From an uncultured Acidobacteriota bacterium (GTDB lineage: Bacteria; Acidobacteriota; Blastocatellia; RBC074), in the NCBI GenBank assembly GCA_963796275.1, contig CAWCKY010000002.1, positions 32,001 to 96,000 on the forward strand: DNA of 64,000 bases, given 5' to 3'. The position numbers were made by a program, and so were the translations under genes. The notes beneath the pieces were generated by a model. The model was not told the DNA's origin. It worked only from the letters and a program-made list of their open reading frames with translations, and did not search any database. Below, in pieces: positions 52,161-64,000 of the stretch (within the stretch, counting starts at the first letter, position 1; each line of letters opens with the position of its first letter).

Positions 52161-55100
52161 ATGAAATACTCGGCAGACCAGCTTCGAGACTTCATCAACT
52201 CAAGCCCCATATTGGCATGGTCCTGTTCTTCAGACGGCTCCGCTGACTTCTTCAATCAGCGCTGGCTCGACTATACCGGACTCTCGGCCGAACAGGCGCG
52301 TGATTGGGGCTGGACGGCTGCCCTTCACTCGGACGATCTGAACGGACTTGTTGATTATTGGCGATCGTCTGGCTTCTGGCGAGCCAGGTGAGATTGAAGG
52401 ACGCCTACGCCGTTTCGACGGCGTGTATCGTTGGTTTCTTTTCCGTGCGATTCCGTCGTTCGACAACGATGGAAGGGCTGTCAAATGGTTCGGAACGGAC
52501 ACCGACATCGAAGACCGAAAGCGCGCGGAATGCCTGCTCGCCGGAGAGAATCTCGTTCTGGAAATGACTGCCAAGGGCAATTCGCTGGAAACCATTCTCG
52601 AAGCCCTATGCCGAGTTGTAGAACAGACCGCCAGTGGATGTTGCTGCAGCGTCCTTTTGTTCGATTCCAGTGGCTCGAAAATCCAGCAGGCAGTTGCGCC
52701 TAGTCTTCCATCCAGCTATAACGACCGGTTTCCAGGCATACCGGTGGATCGGGAGGGAGGACCCTGCACTGAGGCGGCGCGCCGCAAGACACAAGTGATC
52801 GTGTCGGACGTTGCTTCGGACACGCAATGGGACAAGTATGGATGGCGCACGGCCGCGTTGACGCACGGTCTAAAAAGCATGCTGGTCCACCACGATACTC
52901 GCCTCGAATGGCCTTGTATCTCGGGCGCCTTCGCGGTCTATTGGCGCGAGCCGCGCATCCCAACTGAGCAGGATGAGAAGATCATCGAGCAGATTACACA
53001 TCTCGCGGCGGTTGCGATTGAGCGCAAGCGCAACGAGGCGGCGCTCCAGCAAAGTGAGGAACGCTTTCGCCTGATCGTCGACAGCATTCCTGGGTTTGTG
53101 TGTACATTGAGTGCCGAGGGCGAGGTCGAACTTCTCAACCGCCAAGTCTTGGAATATTTCGGTAAGACGACTGAGGAATTGAAGAATTGGGCCACCAGCG
53201 ACGCTGTCCATCCGGATGACCTTCCTCGCGTGATCGACGCGTGGAGACGCTCGGTCGAAACCGGGCAGCCGTATGATCTTGAGCTCCGCCAGCGGCGTGC
53301 CGATGGCGTGTACCGCTGGTTCCAATCTCGCGCGCTCCCCACGCGAGACACGGAAGGTCGCATCACCGGCTGGTACATGCTGTTAACTGACATTGACGAC
53401 CGAAAGCGCGCTGAGGATGCCCTCCGGTCGAATGAGCAGAACCTCCGCCTGATCGTCGACAGCATTCCTGGGTTTGTGTCTACCGCGAATGCGGCAGGCG
53501 AGGTCGAACTTGTCAACCGCCAAGTCCTGGAATATTTCGGCAAGACGACTGAGGAAATGAAGAATTGGGCCACCAGCGACGCTGTCCATCCGGATGACCT
53601 TCCTCAAATGATCGACGCCTATAGGCGCGCGATCGAAACTGGGCAGCCGCTTGATGTTGAGAATCGTAGCCGTCGTGCCGATGGCGTGTACCACTGGTTT
53701 CAAATACGAGCTCGTCCGCAGCGTGACGCCGAAGGTCGCATTGTCCGTTGGTATAACCTGGCGACGGACATCGACGAGCGCAAGCGTGCTGAGGTGGCGC
53801 TACGAAGGCTTTCGACGAAATTGCCAAATCCGAAGCTGAACTTCGAACCATAATCGATGCAATACCTCAGCTCATCGTCGCTATCGGGGCCGACGGAAAA
53901 TTTCTAAACGCGAATCAAGCAGTCCTGGAGTACACCGGCCTGACGAAAGAAGAAGTAAGTTCCCAAAGCTTTGGCGACGTCTTTCATCCGGAGGATACCG
54001 AGAGATTGCGCGACGAACGCGAGGCGGCGATCTCGCGAGGGGTCCCATTCGAGTACGAACGACGAGTGCGCCACAGGGATGGTCAGTATCGTTGGTTCCT
54101 AATCCAATACAACCCGCTGCTGGACGAACACGGAAATGTCATCCGCTGGTATGCGACCGGTACCGACATCGACGATCGCAAACAGGCGGAGGAAAGAACG
54201 CGGCAAGAGAACGTCGCGTTGCGAGAGCAAATCGATCAGGCCTTCATGTTCGAAGAGATCGTGGGCTCCTCTCCCGCCTTGAAAACTGTCCTTTCCAGCA
54301 TCGTGAAAGTTGCTCCCACCGACTCTACTGTTCTGATTACGGGCGAAACAGGCACAGGGAAGGAACTAATTGCGCGCGCCATACAAAGGGTTCGCAGCGT
54401 GCCGGCCACGCCTTTTATTAGCGTGAATTGCGCCGCGATTCCTCCTTCGCTCATCGCCTCAGAATTGTTTGGCCACGAGAAGGGGGCATTTACCGGTGCC
54501 ATGCAGCGCCGTCAAGGCCGTTTTGAGTTGGCGGACTCTCGGCACAATTTTTCTCGATGAAATCGGCGAGCTTCCCGCGGAAACTCAGATTGCATTGCTT
54601 CGAGTGATCCAGGAGCGCCAGTTTGAACGAGTGGGAGGTAGCCACGTTATTCCCACTGATGTTCGAATAATCGCCGCCACCAACCGCGATCTGCCGGCAG
54701 CCATTGCTGCAGGAACATTTCGCGCCGACCTCTTCTACCGGCTGAATGTTTTCCCGATTGATGTGCCGCCTCTCCGGCAACGGAAAGAAGACATTCCGAT
54801 GCTGGTCGAGTACTTCGTGAAGCGCTATGCGGACAAAGCCCGGAAGCAAATCAGCAAGATCGACAAAAATACGCTCAGGCTATGTCAGTCCTATCGATTG
54901 GCCCGGCAATATTCGTGAGCTACAAAATATTATCGAGCGATCTGTAATCCTCTGCACCGGGGATACCTTTGTGGATCGATGAGGCCTGGCTTTCAAGTCA
55001 GAACGCACTTCGCTTGGAATCATCAGAGTCCTCTCAAACAGAACCTCCAGAACTATGAGAAGGAACTCATCGAAGCGGCTCTTGCGGAAAGCAACGGAAA

Positions 55101-55215
55101 AGTTGCTGGGCCAAGTGGCGCGGCTGCCAAACTCGGAATTCCGCGGTCGACGCTGGATTTGAAAATCAAACAACTCAACATTAAAGAAACACCATCCGGT
55201 AAGTACCCTCGTTAA
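52161..55215 (+). pseudogene. PAS-GAF-PAS-PAS-PAS sigma54 activator with multiple frameshifts
   Basis: Consecutive partial ORFs give [24 protein letters not shown] and HTH. Confidence 0.85.
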
Positions 55216-55859
55216 ACTCCCAGAATTCTGGCACTTCCTAAGATTCTGTCACTCCAATTTCTTTTTCAAGCTCCTGTTTTCAATGAGATTCCACTAGGTT
55301 ACTCATTTGCACCACACTGATCGGTACTTGGCTAATCGATCGTCTATTCGGATCGACGACCGCGGTGCGAGGATAGCTTCACGGTTTACGTCTTCAGGGC
55401 CGGATCGAAGCTGGCGCATCGCCGAGATGACGGAGACGCGGTTGAACACGAACGACTGGAGCCGAACCGTTCTGAATTGAAGGACGTGAGGGATAATAGA
55501 GCGCTAAAGGACAAGCGTTTTTTCGCCATTCGAAGCTGGCGGCGTGACGCCTGAGCAACATCGGCGGAGCACTCCCTATCCGCCTGTGAATGGATGGAAA
55601 GGCCGAAAAGGACAAAGACTGAAGAGGCTACTGCTACGAATCCGTCCAAGCGCAATCCAAGCCCTTGCAAAGGCGGCGAGGGCTGTTGCTCGACCCGCTG
55701 CGCGTTTCTGTTCTCCGACGCTCGGCGCATACATCAATCCGGACCCCAGTCATGGATCCTCGTTTCAGTAGGCTGGCACCAACTTCACTAGTCATGAGTC
55801 CGCGTTCCGAGACCGCAGGAATCGACATTCCACGAGGGATCCACAAATGGGACGCACAA

Positions 55860-56285
55860 ATGGAAAAACTGATCGCCGTGATCGGCGCAACCGGGCAGCA
55901 GGGCGGCGGAGTCGTGACATGCCCAAGAGCCGGCGGACAATTCAAGGTGCGCGCACTGACCCGCAATCCAGACAAGCATCGCGAACTCGCCGAGGAAGTC
56001 ATCGAAGCAGATTTGAACCGCCCCGAAACCCTCGCCGCTGCTTTCAAAGGGGCACATGGCGTATTTCTCGTCACCACTTCTTCGTTAGAAGGAACCGACG
56101 AGCGCAAGCAGGGAACCGCCGCGGTTAAGGCTGCCAGTGATGCCGGCGTCAAACACGTAGTCTGGTCCACGCTGCCTGACGTCGAAGCGATCAGCGGCAG
56201 CAAGTCCGACGTTCCCGCACTTTACGAACAAGGCCAAGGTCGATCCGATAGTCAAGGACGCGGGGTTTGCGAATCATACGTTGAA
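55860..56285 (+). pseudogene. NmrA-family N-terminal fragment
   Basis: GATGQQGG, VRALTRNP, GVKHVVWS; truncated. Confidence 0.75.
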
Positions 56286-56302
56286 CGATAGAGAGGATAC
56301 AA

Positions 56303-57346
56303 ATGAAAAAGACATATAAAGCAGTGGAAGTCTCCGAACCAGGCGTGCTTCGAGTAGTGGAACGCCCAAGTCTCGAGCCCGGAGCGGGTCAGGTCCGGAT
56401 TCGGGTGGAAGCATGCGGAATATGTCACACCGATGCGGCGACTGTGACGGGAATCTACCCGGTTCTGACACTGCCACGCGTTCCCGGATATAAGCCGTGG
56501 GTCGCATTGATGCCCTGGGCAGCGGAGTGTCCAGATGGAAAATCGGTCAACGTGTCGGGGTCGGCTTCTTCGGCGGCGAAGACGGTGTGTGCGAACCGTG
56601 CCGGCGCGGAGACATCGTAAATTGTCAGAACCCCGTGATACCTGGAGTAACAGTAGACGGAGGATATGCCGAAGTGATGATCGCGAATCGCGTGGCATTG
56701 CTTCCATTCCCGACGAACTCACCTCCGCGGATGCCGCGCCTCTTCTCTGCGCGGGGATCACGACCTACAACGCTCTTCGCAACGCCGGCTTGCGCGGCGG
56801 TAATCTGGTCGCCGTGCAGGGAATTGGGGCCTTGGGCATCTCGGTGTCCAGTTTGCCCGGCACATGGGATTCCGTACTGTCGCAATCGGACGCGGAGGCG
56901 AGAAGGAAAAGCTCGCAAAAGATTTGGGCGCGCACGTATACATCGATACTGCCGTTGAGGATGCCGCGGCCGCCTTGCAGCGCTTAGGCGGAGCCGAGCC
57001 GTTCTCGCAACAGCCCCAAGTGGTGACGCCATGGGGCCGCTGGTGTCCGGCCTCGGCAGCCCGCGGAAAGCTTATCGTCGTCGGTGTGCCGCGGAGCCGA
57101 TCCAATTGAGTGCGTTCCCGCTGGTTTTTGGCGGGCGCTCAATTTACGGCGCACTGGCCGGCACGGCGATCGAAACCGAGGACGCCCTTGCCTTCAGCGT
57201 TCTGGAGAACATCCGCCCGATGATCGAGACAGTTCCTCTCGAACGCGCGGCCGAGGGCTTACGCTCGCATGATGCAAGGCAAAGCACGGTTCCGCATGGT
57301 GCTAGTGACGAAGGACGGGGCTGCTCAAGGCGCACCGGTCAACTGA
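56303..57346 (+). pseudogene. Zinc alcohol dehydrogenase, frameshifted
   Basis: CGICHTD, CEPCRRG, CAGIT across several frames. Confidence 0.85.
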
Positions 57347-57393
57347 GGCAACTGGAAGCCGTGCTGCAAAGAATTCTTCCGAAGGAGATGAGT

Positions 57394-57606
57394 ATGTCAA
57401 CGAAAATAAAGAGAAACCGAAGTACAGAGTTCCAAGCAACCTCGACCCGGGCGGAGACGGAAGAGGATGCGGTAGGAAACTCGGCGCGTGACGAGGAAAT
57501 CAGACGTCGCGCGTACGAAATCTATCTCTAATGAGGCGAACAATCGGACAATGAAGTGGACGATCGGCTCCAAGCCGAACGTGAACTCGAACAAGGGGTG
57601 CTTTAG
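57394..57606 (+). pseudogene. DUF2934-like protein with internal stops
   Basis: IRRRAYEIYL**G..DDRLQAEREL. Confidence 0.65.
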
Positions 57607-57873
57607 CGAGCGCAGGCGGCCAGGAAGAAATCCGCGACATCCGTGGATAAAGGGGTAGTGTCACTATACTCTTAGCGTTACAAAAATGTCGGATAAGCGT
57701 CTTGGCTAAACAATCCTCAAATGCCGCTGCATTGCCCGGTTCCCAACCCGACAGGACCTTGCGTCTCGCATTGTGAACGATCTAGTAGATTTCACGAACG
57801 CCCAAGTATTCAATGTTTCGTTTGCCTGGCGTATTGTCTTCTCCAGATCGCAGTAATTGGAAAGGAGAACTTT

Positions 57874-58611
57874 ATGTCAGGAATCGAAGGCAAGGTCGTC
57901 GCAATCACAGGCGCAAGCAGCGGAATAGGCGAGGCGACTGCGCTCCTGCTCGCTGAGCGCGGTGCGAAGGTCGTACTTGGGGCGCGCGGATCGGATCGCC
58001 TTGAGGCTCTCGCTGACCGCATCGCGGCATCGGGCGGCGAGGCGGCCTACGCACGCACAGACGTCAAACGGCGCGAGGACTTATCCAACCTCGTCGGGTT
58101 GGCAATTGAGCGGTACGGCAAGCTCGACGTTCTCGTCAACAACGCCGGCGTTGCGCCAATTTCTCTTCTCGACGAGCTCCGTGTCGAGGATTGGGAGGAG
58201 ATGATCGACGTCAATCTCAAAGGTGTTCTGTATGGCATCGCCGCCGCCCTGCCGGTTTTCCGCAAGCAGGGTTTTGGACATTTCGTCAACGTCATTTCCA
58301 CAGCCGGAATTCAAATCATCACCGACCATGGCGGTCTATGCCGGCACGAAGAACGCCGTGCGCACCATCACCGAGGGTTTGCGCCAGGAAGCCGGCGATA
58401 AGCTGCGCGTGACAAGCATTTCGCCTGGATTCGTCAGCACGAACCTCGCGGATTCCATGACAAATCCGGAGGTCAAATCCAGATTATGGACCAGATGGAT
58501 AAGATGGCGATCCCGCCGGCGGCGATTGCCCGCGCCATCGCGTTCGCGATCGAGCAGCCGGCTGATGTTGATGTGAACGAGATAGTTATCCGTCCCACTG
58601 CGCAAGTCTAA
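57874..58611 (+). pseudogene. SDR oxidoreductase, frameshifted
   Basis: TGASSGIG, NNAG, YAGTK; two indels. Confidence 0.82.
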
Positions 58612-58769
58612 TCCGCCTCTCTGAAGCGGTGTGCGGAAGATCGGATTTTTATTAACGTCATCGGACCTTCAGTACTAATGCGAAGGGCGTCCTGTTCTCA
58701 ATTCAGCCGGCTTTGCCTCTGCTGCCGAGTGGCGAAACGATCGTCATCATTGGATCGACGGCTTCCAAA

Positions 58770-58876
58770 ATCCGCCGCCTGGACTGAGAATGTTGAACGT
58801 ACGCCCGACCTCTTGATGTCTTGAATCCAGCTTCGGACCATGCAGCGGACGGCAGCCTTCGCGCCGCCATAAAGAC
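58770..58876 (-). pseudogene. SDR internal fragment
   Basis: LYGGAKAAVR..RSW..NILSPG. Confidence 0.55.
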
Positions 58877-59881
58877 TCATTCCAGGCGGCGGCCTGACGC
58901 TTGATCCTGGCGCGTGGTTGACCGATCCATGCTCGCAAAGATGTTTCGGTATCGCTTGGGCGACATCCCCGTCGCTCGCTTGAATGCGTTGCTGAACGAG
59001 CTTTCCGTAGTGTAGCCCAGGGAAAGACCCAACTCTGTAACCGACATGGAGCCTTCACGCAGCCCCTGTTCTGCAAACTGCATTCGCAAGTTCAGTAGAT
59101 ACGTAAGTGGTGCGACACCGACGATGGACTTGAAGCGCAAAGCGAAGCTTGTTCGTGACATAGCAACTTCCTTTGCGAGTTCCCCCACCCGCCACGCCCG
59201 CTCTGGTTCCCGGTGTATGAGGCGCAGAGCAGGCGCAATACGCTCGTCGCTGAGGGCTCTGATCCATCCGGTTGTATCAGGTCCGGAGGCCTCAAGACAG
59301 GAGCGGATGATCTGAACACACAATAGCTGCGCAAGCTGTTTTGACGCCAACATAGCGCCTGGCCGATCAACGGCAACTTCTTTCACGAGCTGGTCAAGGA
59401 GCCAACGCATGGCCGATGCTTCGGACGAGCTGCTGCCAATGTGAAGCAAGGGTGGCAACACCTCCGTGAGCAGTCCGCCGCGCTCGGGATCCAAAGCGAT
59501 GTGTGCTCCCACGGCAAAGAAGTCATCGCCATCGCCGACCTTCGCTATCTTATCGGTCGTATCACCGAATATATTGAGGCCGTCGGTCTGGGGGGCGTTC
59601 AAGTCACCAGCGAGCACGAAAGCCCGTTCAGCCGGCAACACGAACACATCGCCTGTCTTGATGTGAAGAGAGTCAACCTCGTCTTTGACGGTGAGCCAGC
59701 AATTGCCCTTCACGACCGCGACAAATTTGATCTTGTTGGGAGGAGGGAATCGCAGCGCCCAAGAACCTCCAGCTACCAAGATGCCCGCTTCCACGCACCG
59801 GGCGCTCGTCAAAGTCAGAATGTCTGTGAGAGGATCCCCTTTCATTCCTGAATGGTGGCGCAGATATTCGGTATTTTGCAA
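58877..59881 (-). CDS. AraC-family regulator (cupin_6)
   Basis: MSRTSFALRFK, LGY..ESSFSNAFKR. Confidence 0.92.
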   Translation of the reverse strand: MQNTEYLRHHSGMKGDPLTDILTLTSARCVEAGILVAGGSWALRFPPPNKIKFVAVVKGNCWLTVKDEVDSLHIKTGDVFVLPAERAFVLAGDLNAPQTDGLNIFGDTTDKIAKVGDGDDFFAVGAHIALDPERGGLLTEVLPPLLHIGSSSSEASAMRWLLDQLVKEVAVDRPGAMLASKQLAQLLCVQIIRSCLEASGPDTTGWIRALSDERIAPALRLIHREPERAWRVGELAKEVAMSRTSFALRFKSIVGVAPLTYLLNLRMQFAEQGLREGSMSVTELGLSLGYTTESSFSNAFKRATGMSPKRYRNIFASMDRSTTRQDQASGRRLE

Positions 59882-60177
59882 TCCTTAATCATTCCGCTGC
59901 TCAAGTAAATATGTTCTGCCGCCAATCTATTTAAGGGCGCGCAGCAGCAGACATGAACGCCTGCCAGACATCACCTCGCGGACGATAGTTGAATCAAGCT
60001 TGTGAGTTGATGTAGCCAGGTCAAAACAGCCTCTCTAAAGCCCATGAATAAAGGCAACTCACAATCCATACAGAATTATTTGGCTTCAGAGTAAGCCATT
60101 TCGCAAATGTCAACGGAACCCTTGGCGTATGATTTTTCAAAGTCGCGTCCGGTCAGCGCCGAGCTTTCGCTAACCAC

Positions 60178-60218
60178 TTGACAACTACCTCGATGTCAAG
60201 TATCTTGATGTCGAGATA
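60178..60218 (+). promoter_or_regulatory. sigma70 promoter with overlapping candidate MarR operator
   Basis: TTGACA-17-TATCTT; imperfect palindrome TATCTTGATGTCGAGATA plus a related upstream copy. Confidence 0.65.
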
Positions 60219-60237
60219 GATTAGGAGCGTTCATAAA

Positions 60238-60939
60238 ATGGAATCATTGACTGGGGGAAGTGGCGTTCACGTTTTTCTGGTGCTGTGGAAGGCGGCAAGC
60301 GCGGTTCAGGCCTACGCCGAAAAGAGCATCTCGGAGTTGGAGATGTGCGGCAGCGACTTCGCCGTGCTCGAAGCCCTCCTTCACAAAGGGCCGCTTCCCG
60401 TTAACGAGATCGGAAAAAAAGTTCAGCTGACAAGCGGCTCGATCACGGTCGCTGTTGACCGCTTAGAGACGAAGGGGCTGGTGGAGCGGCGCGCGCACGG
60501 CGCCGACCGGCGGGCGAGGATAGTTCATTTGACGAAGGAAGGCAGGAAGCTGATCACACGCGCCTACGCCGATCACGCAGCCGACCTGGAACGCCTCGCG
60601 TCCGCCTCCCTGACCAGGGCGGAGCGCGAGACGCTCATCCGCCTGTTGAAGAAGATCGGCTATGCGGCGGCAGCTGCGTCAGAACAAAGTGAAGAGATAG
60701 TACGGCGTGAGTCGTTAATGTCGTTTATTGGGCGCGCTAAATCAGTGAAGAGAGGAGATGTTATGTCGATAGTGAGTGAAGTATTGAGAAATGAGGAGAC
60801 TCGCGCGGGCGGAAGTCGCACGGTCGCCGGAATTGTGAACAGCGTCGAGACTTTAGAAGGCGGGGGCTTTCTTGTCCGGCGTCCGTTCCCTAAAGCGTCG
60901 TTTCAGAGTTTGATTTGTTCCTGCTACTTGATGAGATAA
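60238..60939 (+). CDS. MarR regulator reading through into a pirin N-terminal remnant
   Basis: VDRLETKGLVER..DRR..LT; pirin-like EGGGFLVRRPFP begins at its own RBS/ATG at 60763. Confidence 0.8.
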   Translation: MESLTGGSGVHVFLVLWKAASAVQAYAEKSISELEMCGSDFAVLEALLHKGPLPVNEIGKKVQLTSGSITVAVDRLETKGLVERRAHGADRRARIVHLTKEGRKLITRAYADHAADLERLASASLTRAERETLIRLLKKIGYAAAAASEQSEEIVRRESLMSFIGRAKSVKRGDVMSIVSEVLRNEETRAGGSRTVAGIVNSVETLEGGGFLVRRPFPKASFQSLICSCYLMR

Positions 60940-61139
60940 GGACGATAGAACTTGCGCTTGGCGATGGCGGTTACAGAGTCATCGTAAGTGATAAAGGGTG
61001 GGAGATTGTTCGCACCGGCACATGAAGGATTGATGACATTTCGCCAAATGAGTGATTTCATGAAGTGGCAGTTGTGCAATGTGAATGTGCATTTTCGCTT
61101 TAACCATTTATCAGTGTACTTGGAGTTGGAGGTTTAAAA

Positions 61140-61586
61140 ATGAGTGAACAGCATACTACGTCAACCGAGGCCGCGAAAGCGGTCGTCCGCCGGAATACTG
61201 AAGAAGTGCAGAGCGGTGGGAATTTCGGCGTCTTCGAGGAACTCTTCGCTGACGACTTCGTCGACCATACCCCCCAGCCAAACACCACTCCTGATAAAGA
61301 TGGTGTCCGGCGCCTTTATAATACCCTTCGCGCCGCATTCCCCGATTTTCGTGCAGAAATCCATTGGCAGGCCGCCGACGGGGAACTCGTGACGACTTAC
61401 AAAACCTATCACGGAACTCACCAAGGAATATTCCTGGGTGTGACGCCGACCGGTCAAAGAATCCATTTTGAAACCATTGATGTCATGCGAGTGCACGATG
61501 GCAAGATCACCGAGCATTGGGGGGTCGCGAATCTTTTCTCCCTGATGCAGCAACTAGGCGCCTTGCCCACCGCGACACAAACGTAA
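61140..61586 (+). CDS. Ester cyclase (SnoaL-like)
   Basis: AFPD, GTHQG.FLG..PTG, KITEHW. Confidence 0.9.
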   Translation: MSEQHTTSTEAAKAVVRRNTEEVQSGGNFGVFEELFADDFVDHTPQPNTTPDKDGVRRLYNTLRAAFPDFRAEIHWQAADGELVTTYKTYHGTHQGIFLGVTPTGQRIHFETIDVMRVHDGKITEHWGVANLFSLMQQLGALPTATQT

Positions 61587-61697
61587 ATCGCTCACCGCAT
61601 ATCACGGACGAAGGGGCAACGATGCGACGGATAGGTTGTTTATCCGGACTAAGGGAAAGCTGGAGTAGTCATAGGGGAAACCGGATAGGAGGAATTT

Positions 61698-62255
61698 ATG
61701 CTGAGAATTGCCATCATCATCGGAAGCACGCGGCCCGGTCGCAAAGGCGAAACCGTGGCCAAATGGGTTTACGAAATCGCGCAAAAGCGTAGCGACGCCG
61801 AGTTTGAAGTTGTCGACATCAAAGACTACAACCTGCCACTCCTTGATGAGCCGATGTCGCCGACGTTGGGCCAGTACACCCACGAGCACACCAAGACATG
61901 GTCGGCGAAGATCGCGTCCTTCGACGCCTACGTCTTCGTGACGCCCGAATACAATCACGGGACATCGGGCGCGCTCAAAAATGCCATCGATTTCCTCTAC
62001 AACGAGTGGGTCAACAAGGCGGCTGGATTCGTTGGCTACGGCGGCGCATCAGGGACACGCGCGGTGGAGAATCTGCGATTGGTGATGGGGGAACTGCAGG
62101 TCGCCGATGTAAAAGCGCAGGTCGGTCTTTCCCTCTTCACCGATTTCGAGGACTTCAGCGTCTTCAAGCCGGATCCCCAGCGAGAGAAGTCGGTTGACGC
62201 AATGCTCGACCAGGTCATCGCCTGGGGCGGCGCGTTGAAAACGCTGCGGAAGTAA
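61698..62255 (+). CDS. NADPH-dependent FMN reductase
   Basis: GSTRPGR, TPEYNH, LKNAID. Confidence 0.93.
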   Translation: MLRIAIIIGSTRPGRKGETVAKWVYEIAQKRSDAEFEVVDIKDYNLPLLDEPMSPTLGQYTHEHTKTWSAKIASFDAYVFVTPEYNHGTSGALKNAIDFLYNEWVNKAAGFVGYGGASGTRAVENLRLVMGELQVADVKAQVGLSLFTDFEDFSVFKPDPQREKSVDAMLDQVIAWGGALKTLRK

Positions 62256-62580
62256 GCACGATCTGGATTCATGGTAGTTACGGACAAGGACGCGAACGAA
62301 TCGCGCGAGTTGTTGTCTTTTGATTCGCAAGGGTGTAAGCGACTGTGAAATCTACACCGCTTGCGAAGAGTCGTTTGGCCATCAGCTGTAACGCGCGATA
62401 CCGCGATTCATTGAGATTATCGATCATCTGTTGTGTCGTGAATCGCGAATCAGGGCGCGCAGCGGTCGGGGATCCGCCAAAGCCGTTGGGTTGCCTGACT
62501 CCAGACGTTGTCGGCGCGCATGCTGACATGCGCTACCGAGACGCTCGTATCTCCTGCCTAGCCCATCACAAATTTCGAGA

Positions 62581-62610
62581 TTGACTTAGCACGACCGGTC
62601 GTGCTATTTT
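62581..62610 (+). promoter_or_regulatory. Promoter with perfect 20-bp candidate TetR operator
   Basis: TTGACT..TATTTT enclosing TAGCACGACCGGTCGTGCTA (62587-62606); ATG follows after 6 nt, so probably leaderless. Confidence 0.75.
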
Positions 62611-62616
62611 CAAATT

Positions 62617-63246
62617 ATGAGAAAGGTAGCAGAGTCGACGCGTGAGCGAATCCTGCATCATGGACTCGTGCTAATGAGTCAATCGGGGTTGACGGGGGTC
62701 ACTCTCGGAGTGCTGGCGGATCAGGTCGGAATGTCGAAGAGCGGGCTGTTCGCACACTTCCGCTCTAAGGAAGATGTTCAAATCGAGTTGCTTCAACACA
62801 TGACGCAATTCGCCCAGGCCCATGTCGTCCAACCGGCCATGAGTGTTGATGAAGGGCTTCCCCGCTTAAATGCATTGGTGCATAACTGGTTTGGCTGGGC
62901 GCAAAGAGCAGGGCTTCCCGGAGGATGCCCTGTGGCTGCCGGACTGTTTGAGTTCGATGATGTGGAAGGCGCGGTCAGGGATCGGATTCTCGCCATGGAA
63001 AGTGAATGGCGCGACTTACTGAAGCAACTCATCCACCAAGCCGTCGATCAAGGGCATTTGCGTCAAGATCTCGATATCGATCAATTTATTTGGGAGCTTT
63101 GCGGGATATATTTGAGTCATCACGCAGCACATAGATTTCTTCGGGCGGCTGATGCCGACACTCGAGCTCAAACCGCGTTTCAAGCGCTTCTCGATCGTGC
63201 CCTGCCAAGACCTCGTAAGCGCAGAGTCGTCAAGCGTACAAAGTAA
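62617..63246 (+). CDS. TetR-family regulator
   Basis: GMSKSGLFAHFRSKE, GGCP. Confidence 0.92.
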   Translation: MRKVAESTRERILHHGLVLMSQSGLTGVTLGVLADQVGMSKSGLFAHFRSKEDVQIELLQHMTQFAQAHVVQPAMSVDEGLPRLNALVHNWFGWAQRAGLPGGCPVAAGLFEFDDVEGAVRDRILAMESEWRDLLKQLIHQAVDQGHLRQDLDIDQFIWELCGIYLSHHAAHRFLRAADADTRAQTAFQALLDRALPRPRKRRVVKRTK

Positions 63247-63488
63247 GACCGAATAGTCAAAGATAGACCAGTATGGCGTTCCGCGGGACGCGGCGTAGTA
63301 GTGTGCCTCGTTTGGATGACGCCAGAGACGATCATTTCCGATCAGGAGCTAAGAAGATAGGAGACGGTTAAGAATAAAAGGAGACCGGGCACTAACTGGT
63401 ACAAACTAGGGATGAGTGCAGGTTTTGCTGCGTTATTTGTAAGTGAAACATTGTGTCATCTCTATCATAAACGGAATGGACTTAAACC

Positions 63489-63932
63489 ATGGAACCTCAT
63501 TCAATCCCAGAATTTCATATTTTAGACGGCTTCGCTCCGATCGTCGTTGCGATTGTTTTCATTATCGGTTCATCTCTGATGAAAGAGCCGAACAGAAGGA
63601 ATTTCATGGCGATCATGATAGCTGGCGCTGGTGCCGCATATCTGAGTGGTGGTGGCCTCGGCAAATGGGAATTTGCTTTTACGGCAATTGTTACCTTTTG
63701 CGCTTACAAAGGTCTTCAATCCTATAGCTTTATCGGGCTCGGTTGGATATTCCATACCCTCTGGGATGTCATACACCACTTTTACGGCGCCCCAATCATT
63801 CCTTTCCTATCAACTTCCTCGGCTGGATGTGCAATCACTGATGCTGTGATCGCGGTTTGGTTTTTTGCCAATGCCCCTTCTGTATTCGACATTATTAAAG
63901 CTAGCCGTCAAAAAAGTCCGAACTTAGTGTGA
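63489..63932 (+). CDS. Membrane protein (DUF6010-like)
   Basis: AGAGAAYLSGG..GW..HT.WD..HH..CAITD. Confidence 0.7.
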   Translation: MEPHSIPEFHILDGFAPIVVAIVFIIGSSLMKEPNRRNFMAIMIAGAGAAYLSGGGLGKWEFAFTAIVTFCAYKGLQSYSFIGLGWIFHTLWDVIHHFYGAPIIPFLSTSSAGCAITDAVIAVWFFANAPSVFDIIKASRQKSPNLV

Positions 63933-64000
63933 CACTTTTTTCGACTGACACTATCTGCATTAAGGTACTCGCTGTTTATACCTCGATGGCGCTCCCAACA

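Overview
GC-rich bacterial DNA, most likely Acidobacteriota and probably Blastocatellia-like (inferred from gene content). The most notable element is an intact, minus-strand four-gene unit at 123-7283. It encodes an acidic/cationic-helix/Gly-zipper protein, a HEXXH metallopeptidase, a 567-aa protein of unknown function, and a 1046-aa protein with no signal peptide that carries PG-binding, M15 peptidase, alpha/beta-hydrolase and Cys-His amidase-like domains joined by Glu/Phe-rich linkers. Upstream lies a full sigma54 promoter architecture: -24/-12 box, IHF site and a phased array of CGAA-N6-TTCG boxes. The rest is a heavily eroded accessory mosaic. It contains IS200/IS605 tnpB remnants of at least three lineages, a toxin-dead TA pair, tyrosine-recombinase scraps, a solitary attC site, an ECF sigma/Ser-Thr kinase-WD40 pair, a SnoaL-PAS histidine kinase system, a partly deleted glycogen/pentose-phosphate cluster, two PAS sigma54 activators and many oxidoreductases. 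Several genes carry single-base frameshifts that may be long-read errors. No rRNA, tRNA or CRISPR array was seen. All family calls come from motif recognition, not database searches.
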